From: Eledone cirrhosa
Lineage: Eukaryota
Assembly (NCBI GenBank): GCA_964016885.1
Contig: OZ024743.1
Span: forward strand, 133,734,001-133,798,000
Direction: 5' to 3'
Length of the DNA stretch: 64,000 nt
In this document: piece after piece, positions 61,574-64,000 of the stretch
How positions within the stretch are numbered: position 1 is the first letter of the stretch
Layout: each line of letters begins with the position of its first letter
Program-made: the position numbers and the translations under genes
Notes under the pieces: model-generated
The model's database searches: none
Told to the model about the DNA's origin: nothing
The model's input: the letters and a program-made list of their open reading frames with translations, nothing else

Positions 61574-64000
61574 TTGGTGTTTCGTGTTTGGTGTTTGGTG
61601 TTTGCTGTTTGGTGTCTGCTTTTTGGTGTTTGGTGTTTGCTGTATGGTGTTTGCTGTTTCGTGTTTGGTGTTTGCTGATTGGTGTTTGGTGTTTGCTGTT
61701 TGGTGTTTGGTCTTTGGTGCTTGGTGTTTGGTGCTTGGTGCTTGGTGTTTGGTGTTTGGTGCTTGGTGCTTGGTGCTTCGTGTTTGGTGTTTGGTGCTTG
61801 GTGTCTGGAGCTTGGTGTTTGGTGTTTGGTGCTTGGTGTTTGGTGTTTGGTGCTTGGTGCTTGGTGTTTGGTGCTTGGTGCTTGGTGTTTGTACTTGGTG
61901 CTTGGTGCTTGGTGTTTGGTGCTTGGTTCTTGGTGTTTGGTGCTTGGTGTTTGGTGCTTGGTGCTTGGTGTTTGGTGCTTGGTGCTTGGTGCTTGGTGCT
62001 TGGTGTTAGTTGTTTGGTGCTTGGTGCTTCGTGTTTGGTGTTTGGTTCTTGGTGCTTGGTATTTGGTGCTTGGTGCTTGCTGCTTGGTGTTTGGTGCTTG
62101 GTGATTGATGCTTGGTGTTTGGTGCTTGGTGCTTGGTGTTTGGTTTTTGGTGCTAGGTGCTTGGTGCTTGGTGTTTGGTGCTTGGTGTTTGGTGTTTGGT
62201 GCTTGGTGCTTGGTGTTTGGTACTTGGTGCTTGGTGCTTGGTGTTTGGTGCTTGGTGCTTGGTGATTGGTGTTTGGTGTTTGGTGCTTGGTGCTTGGTGT
62301 TTGGTGCTTGGTGCTTGGTGCTGGGTGGTTGGTGTTTGGTGCTTGGTGCTTGGTGTTTGGTGCTAGGTGCATGGTGCTTGGTGTTTGGTGCTTGGTGCTT
62401 GGTGCTTGGTCTTTGGTGTTTGGTGTTTAGTGCTTGGTGCTTGGTGCTTGGTGCTTGGTGCTTGGTCCTTGGTGTTTGGTGCTTGGTGCTTGGTGTTTGG
62501 TGTTTGGTGCTTGGTGCTTGGTGCTTCGTGTTTGGTGTTTGGTGCTTGGTGTCTGGAGCTTGGTGTTTGGTGTTTGGAGCTTGGTGTTTGGTGTTTGGTG
62601 CTTGGTGCTTGGTGTTTGGTGCTTGGTGCTTGGTGTTTGTACTTGGTGCTTGGTGCTTGGTGTTTGGTGCTTGGTTCTTGGTGTTTGGTGCTTGGTGTTG
62701 GAGCTTGGTGCTTGGTGTTTGGTGCTTGGTGCTTGGTGTTTGTACTTGGTGCTTGGTGCTTGCTGTTTGGTGCTTGGTTCTTGGTGTTTGGTGCTTGGTG
62801 TTTGGAGCTTGGTGCTTGGTGTTTGGTGCTTGGTGCTTGGTGTTTGGTGTTTGGTGCCTGGTGCTTGGTGTTTGGTGTTTGGTGCTTGGTGTTTGGTGTT
62901 TGGTGCTTGGTGCTTGGTGTTTGTTGCTTGGTACTTGGTGCATGGTGTTTGGTGCTGGGTGCTTGGTGTTTGGTGCTTGGTGTTTGGTGCTTGGTGCTTG
63001 GTGTTTGGTGTTTGGTGTTTGATGCTTGGTGTTTTATGCTTGGTGCTTGGTGTTTGGTGCTTGGTGTTTGTACTTGGTGCTTGGTGCTTGGTGTTTTGTG
63101 CTTGGTTCTTGGGGTTTGGTGTTTGGTGCTTGGTACTTGGTGCTTGGTGTTAGGTGTTTGGTGCTTGGTGCTTGGTGTTTGGTGTTTGGTCCTTGGTGCT
63201 TGGTGCTTGGTGTTTAGTGCTTGGTGCTTGGTGTTTGTTGTTTGGTGCTTTCTGTTTGCTGCTTGGTGTTTGCTGCTTGGTGCTTGGTGCTTGGTGTTTG
63301 GTGTTTGGTGCTAGGTGCTTGGTGTTTGGTGTTTGGTGTTTGATGCTTGGTGTTTGGTGCTTGGTGTTTGGTGCTTGGTGCTTGGGGCTTGGTGTTTGGT
63401 GCTTGGTGCTTGGTGCTTGGTGTTTGGTGCTTGGTGCTTGGTGTTTGGTGTTTGGTGTTTGGTGCTTGGTGCTTGGTGTTTGGTGCTTGGTGCTTGGTGC
63501 TGGGTGGTTGGTATTTGGTGCTTGGTGCTTGGTGTTTGGTGCTTGGTGATGGTGCTTGGTGTTTGGTGCTTGGTGCTTGGTGCTTGGTCTTTGGTGCTTG
63601 GTGTTTGGTGTTTGGTGCTTGGTGCTTTGTGTTTGGTGCTTGGTGATTAGTGTTTGGTGCTTGGTACTTGGTGTTTGGTACTTGGTGTTTGGTGTTTGCT
63701 GTTTGGTGTTTGGTGTTTGGTGTTTGCTGTTTGGTGTCTGCTTTTTGGTGTTTGGTGTTTGCTGTATGGTGTTTGCTGTTTCGTGTTTGGTGTTTGCTGT
63801 TTGGTGTTTGGTGTTTGCTGTTTGGTCTTTGGTCTTTGGTGCTTGGTGTTTGGTGTTTGGTGCTTGGTGCTTGGTGCTTGGTGTTTGGTGTTTGGTGTCT
63901 GGTGCTTGGTGTCTGGTGCTTGGTGTTTGGTGTTTGGTGTTTGGTGCTTGGTGTTTGGTGTTTGGTGTTTGGTGTTTGGTGTTTGTTGCTTGGTGCTTGG
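61574..64000. repeat. Copy of 53280-~55707 (offset 8294/8293), probably the start of an 8.3-kb tandem duplication running off the window end
   Basis: ORF pairs 53385/61679, 53811/62105, 54073/62367 and 54860/63154 match. Private variants GTTAGTTG and GCTAGGTGCATGG occur in both copies. Confidence 0.9.

Larger units (their letters stand above)
1..64000. repeat. Simple-sequence satellite array, 7-bp monomer TTGGTG(C/T) (reverse complement RCACCAA), single orientation, extending past both window edges
   Basis: Every line parses into TTGGTGC/TTGGTGT or variants with 1-2 substitutions (TTGCTGT, TTGATGC, TTGTTGY, TTGGTAC, TAGGTGY). No non-repeat interruption was seen, and A is very rare on the + strand throughout. 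Confidence 0.99.

Noticed and set aside
28-63650. Hundreds of + strand ORFs encoding hydrophobic WCLV(L/F)G(A/V) repeats
   Set aside because: The 7-mer has no A and therefore no stop codons. Because 7 is coprime to 3, all three frames give the same heptapeptide. Starts are mostly TTG/GTG after chance stops, and there is no unique domain or frame preference.
1-64000. CRISPR array or other repeat-spacer system
   Set aside because: There are no unique spacers, no 23-50 bp conserved repeat and no cas or other genes. All variation is point variation of a single 7-mer.
1-64000. C/T dimorphism as a product of CpG decay or fungal RIP
   Set aside because: The variable C is followed by TT, not G or A. 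The pattern is copied faithfully between paralogues, so it is inherited rather than ongoing hypermutation.
1-64000. Pure sequencing or basecalling artefact, or synthetic sequence
   Set aside because: The hierarchical, phylogenetically consistent variants and monomer-multiple indels are typical of real satellite evolution. Individual near-perfect duplications could still be assembly errors and need read support.
1-64000. Transcription-factor motifs (for example MYB AC-like ACCAAAC on the - strand), promoters or terminators
   Set aside because: Such matches are an automatic consequence of the monomer, and there is no gene context. The sequence cannot form strong Watson-Crick hairpins and has no inverted segments.

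Overview
The whole 64 kb window is one uninterrupted, single-orientation tandem array of a degenerate heptamer, TTGGTG(C/T) on the + strand and (G/A)CACCAA on the - strand, about 9,100 monomers. I found no unique sequence, gene, RNA gene, transposon, CRISPR array or inversion. All listed ORFs are translation artefacts of a stop-poor 7-mer (WCLV(L/F)G(A/V) on +, TKHQ(A/T)P(S/N) on -). The structure of interest is internal. Rare variant monomers (TTGTAC, TTGGTGA-TTAGTGT, CTGCTTT, ATGGTGT, TAGGTGY, TGGGTGG) act as barcodes and reveal a nested hierarchy. It runs from the 7-bp monomer through 21/42-bp C/T motifs, an old degenerate ~1.0-1.3 kb unit and very young overlapping tandem duplications (periods 4012, 3348, 6034, 6615 = 3587+3028, ~2100 and 8294 bp) to an apparent ~27-28 kb super-period. 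There is also a clean 182-bp in-register insertion whose best match is a distal part of the array. This looks like a eukaryotic heterochromatic (centromeric, pericentromeric or telomere-associated) simple satellite that is building higher-order repeats. I do not recognise the monomer, and neither organism nor function can be determined from this window. Boundaries and identities come from eye comparison and ORF-track offsets, not computed alignments.
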